Under the pieces are notes generated by a model that was not told the DNA's origin, ran no database searches, and was given only the letters and a program-made list of their open reading frames with translations. From Eledone cirrhosa (taxonomy: Eukaryota), in NCBI GenBank assembly GCA_964016885.1, contig OZ024740.1:404054001-404118000 (forward strand): a DNA stretch of 64,000 bases, written 5' to 3'. A program made the translations under genes and the position numbers. Within the stretch, counting starts at the first letter, position 1; the number at the start of each line of letters is the position of its first letter. Shown here one piece after another: positions 60,810-64,000 of the stretch.

Positions 60810-60988
60810 TTCGATCTACTCTCCCACAACCACTATCAGTTTCTCTCTATCTTTCTCTCTCTTTATTTATGAAGGTGCCCGGAAAAAACCCGTATCTTGA
60901 GGACCGTTGTTTTATTCCATTTGTATTCCCATTTCAGGGTCAACTACCTTTCAAAGTATTTTCCCATTATGAGAAGACACAATCACAG

Positions 60989-61029
<41 letters not shown>

Positions 61030-61300
61030 CACACACACCTCGACGGAACTACCTTAGGAACTTACCCACGGACATACACTCAAAAAAATGTTTTTCGAAC
61101 CACGCCACCTACATCTACAAAACGTATAAACACCACACACACGTGCGTACCCCCACATATATACACACTCAGCCTCCGGAATCCCCCCTCCCCCCTGACC
61201 CCTCCCCATCCACACGCACACACACACCGACCTACACCCCACTCCACACACACACCTTTTCCTGAACATGGAACCTCGTTCTACCCCCAACTCTCACATT

Positions 61301-61337
<37 letters not shown>

Positions 61338-61601
61338 ACACCTACACACATACACCACCTTCAGCCCTCCCCGCTCGGACACCCCGCCTCCCTCTCCCCA
61401 CTCCACCCGCCACCACCTCTACACGCCCCACACCCTTCCACCACTTGTTTATCTTCATGTTTATTTTTATTTTTAGTTGTTTTTTTTTATTTGTACCCCT
61501 TCCACCGTTTTTCCTCCCTTTCCTCTTCCCCCCTTTTTTCTAAATGTCTCTCCTCCACTCCCCTACACACCCTCGGAACTCTCTTCTCACCCACTTTTCG
61601 T

Positions 61602-61629
61602 CTGAAGAAGGGCTTATGCCCGAAACGTC
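61602..61629 (+). ncRNA. Minimal HHR core lacking stem I in a PLE 3' end fragment
   Basis: CTGAAGA-AGGGC-ttat-GCCC-GAAA-CG-TC. Confidence 0.45.
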
Positions 61630-61708
61630 CCCTCCCCCACTCTCAAGAGCGTGAAACTAATAAACCTTTGTTCGTACTGCCTCTCTGTTTTGTTCCCGTT
61701 CCATTTTT

Positions 61709-61748
<40 letters not shown>

Positions 61749-61775
61749 GTGTGTGTGTGTGGGGGAGGGGTGTAT

Positions 61776-61970
61776 TATAAAGAGTTATAAACCGACGGCT
61801 GAGCTCCTGCTGTTTCAACAGCTAGTTCCGTAACTAGCCGTTGAAACGGCAAGAGCTCAGCCGTCGGGTCCAGACTCTTTATAATATCGCCATACTCTAC
61901 TACTCCATGTATGGAGTGCTCTGTTGAGCAATAATGGTCTAACTAGTTTTAAACTAGTTCTATCCTGATT
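61776..61970. mobile_element. Fold-back pLTR related to the 20543 family
   Basis: Palindrome around CTAGTTCCGTAACTAG. Half HHR GAAA-CGGC..GCCG-TC-GGG. Confidence 0.65.
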
Positions 61971-61981
61971 TATATATATAT

Positions 61982-62052
<71 letters not shown>

Positions 62053-62964
62053 CATATAGATATATACATACATACATATACATACATACATACATACACA
62101 CACACCCACACATATATATATTCATATGTTTATATGAACGAACAATAAACCTGTCAAATACAACTCACTACGCCCCACATGGAAGAAAAATAAATTTGTA
62201 TTTAACGTACTCATATCACACTCATTTCTAATCTGGTAAACACGGCTAACAGCACATTACCAGCTTGTACCAATCGACACTAGGAACAATATTCTTCTTA
62301 TCAACACCGATTGAATAACGTACAATACCAGAATAAAACTGCGGCAGACATGTGTTTTACATCCTTATAATAGAAGTATATGAAAACTTGTACTGTATGT
62401 TTATATATGATACAATATGGTATCTGCTTTCATATATACCACTATTGTGCTTAACACTATCGTGGAGCTACTACCAATTAATTATAACCAACCAAATTCA
62501 AATTATATGCAAATTAGCATTTAGAGCCGATGTTTTCTATTTGCTATATGCAAATAAGCATCGCAGGCAAATGTTCATCATGCCAAATTTATATAGGTTT
62601 TAGACTGATTTTATTTCAGTAACGATTGGGGGATTGTCACTGTGTGACTAACGAACCTTGAAACAACTCTATGGCATTCTTGACGGCCACTGGGATATCT
62701 GTGACATGTTCCCTGAACAAAAGAAAGAAAAATAATTTATTGCATATGAACATATAGTATATGCTTTCATATACACTCTCAATGTGCTTAACACTATCTT
62801 AGAGCCAATCTCAATTATTCATATAATTATATTCATTTTTACATTACTCTAAAAGCGGTGTTTAGTTCATGAATAAGTAGTGTACATACACACTGAAGCA
62901 CACATACAGATATACACATGGCTGACTCAATAAGCACGTGTGTTTTTCCCCATTATTTTTTCTC

Positions 62965-63108
62965 ATAGAGTTACGTCCCTTTACGATCTGAGTTCAAATC
63001 CCGCCGAGGTTGACTTTTGCCTTTCATCCTTACCGGGTCGATGAAATAAAGTACCAGTAATGCACTGGGTAATTACTGGTCTTGTGCCTAAAGTGGAAAC
63101 AATTATTT
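62965..63108 (+). mobile_element. 5'-truncated tRNA-derived SINE
   Basis: Core match. Confidence 0.8.
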
Positions 63109-63179
63109 TTTCTCATTTCCTCCGTTCCTTCCTTTTCTCACTCTTTATCTTTCTATTTTATTTTCTATTTCTAACACTA

Positions 63180-63300
63180 TCTTCAGATGAAAGACTAGTG
63201 ACCGAAACGTTAAGACTCTTTTCCTGCTATTTCAAGCGTTAACTTACTATATTTCTTCAATGTACTGTGTCTTTTGTTTGTTATTTCTGTTTCCCTTTTA
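63180..63300 (+). mobile_element. PLE 3' end with decayed minimal HHR (related copies at 20090-20200 and 23990-24105 on -)
   Basis: TCTT-CAGATGA-AAGAC-tagt-GACC-GAAA-CG-TT-AAGA. Confidence 0.5.
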
Positions 63301-63823
63301 AATACACACACACACACACGCGCGCGCATATTGTATAAATATGTATTCATGAATACTGATATTTACATTATAATACCTAATTCATAAAATTGATAATTCA
63401 AATGGATGAGACATAATATATTTTTAATATATTTTAAATATATCATCTTTCTTTCTTTTTCTCCTATACACTGGGCGTGATTTATGTGTCGGCTAGCTTA
63501 ACTGTATCCCTTCCCTCCTTAACCTCTCACATATACGATGATCATCTGTCCAAAAGCTGCCTACTATATTTTTTCACTTCCTCAATGTATTTCTCTCTCC
63601 CATATCTCCTTGTCTCTCTATCTCGCTCTGTTGTTTTTCTTTACATACATCTCTTCATCTTCTTTTTTTATTTACATACATCTCTTCATCTTCTTCTTCT
63701 CATCTTCGTTTTTCTTTCTATATAACTGTCATAACAGTTTCACTACCAAATCAACTTTTTAAATGGAAGTTGCATTATTATAAGGTATGTCAAAAATTAT
63801 TTATAAAACAGCATATGTATTGT

Positions 63824-63887
63824 ATTTTGTCTGAGGAAGGCATACCATATTTTTAATATGATATCCCAGAAATATATATAACGAAAT
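63824..63887 (+). ncRNA. Type I HHR (family of 19064-19126)
   Basis: ATTTTGT-CTGAGGA-AGG..CCA-GAAA-TATATA-TA-ACGAAAT. Confidence 0.75.
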
Positions 63888-64000
63888 AAATATGGTTTTA
63901 TAAATATAGTTTCCATTTGTTTAATATCGTAAACCTACTCCAGAAACTGTTGAGTGTTTTTATATCAGTTATAAAATATTTACTCGTTTATTTACTCGTT

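Overview
AT-rich, microsatellite-dense eukaryotic DNA. The recurring tRNA-derived SINE and the repeat landscape suggest an octopus/cephalopod genome (inference). I see no convincing host gene: most listed ORFs are translations of (TA)n/(CA)n/(GA)n tracts. The window is almost entirely retroelement debris inserted into (TA)n microsatellites. It holds several Penelope-like elements (PLEs; RT plus C-terminal GIY-YIG) of at least three sequence types, one R4/Dong-like RLE LINE, SINEs, a mariner-type MITE and a 39-bp minisatellite. Manual reading found more than 25 hammerhead ribozyme (HHR) motifs from roughly 15 unrelated pseudo-LTR (pLTR) families, many in fold-back or tandem non-coding units resembling retrozymes. 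Highlights: (1) an apparent non-circularly permuted ('jumbled') hammerhead with stem-I covariation between two divergent copies (40588-40669, 59265-59332); (2) a 558/560-nt tandem HHR array predicted to release unit-length RNAs (24167-25686); (3) a Neptune-like PLE with an upstream basic ORF1 joined to Pol through a correctly phased U-UUU-UUA -1 slippery site (31611-31617); (4) U3-A8 core variants and HHRs with very long stem II; (5) octamer-bearing non-coding HHR units; (6) a tandem duplication that supplies internal empty sites showing (TA)n targeting. All structures were folded by eye and element boundaries are approximate.
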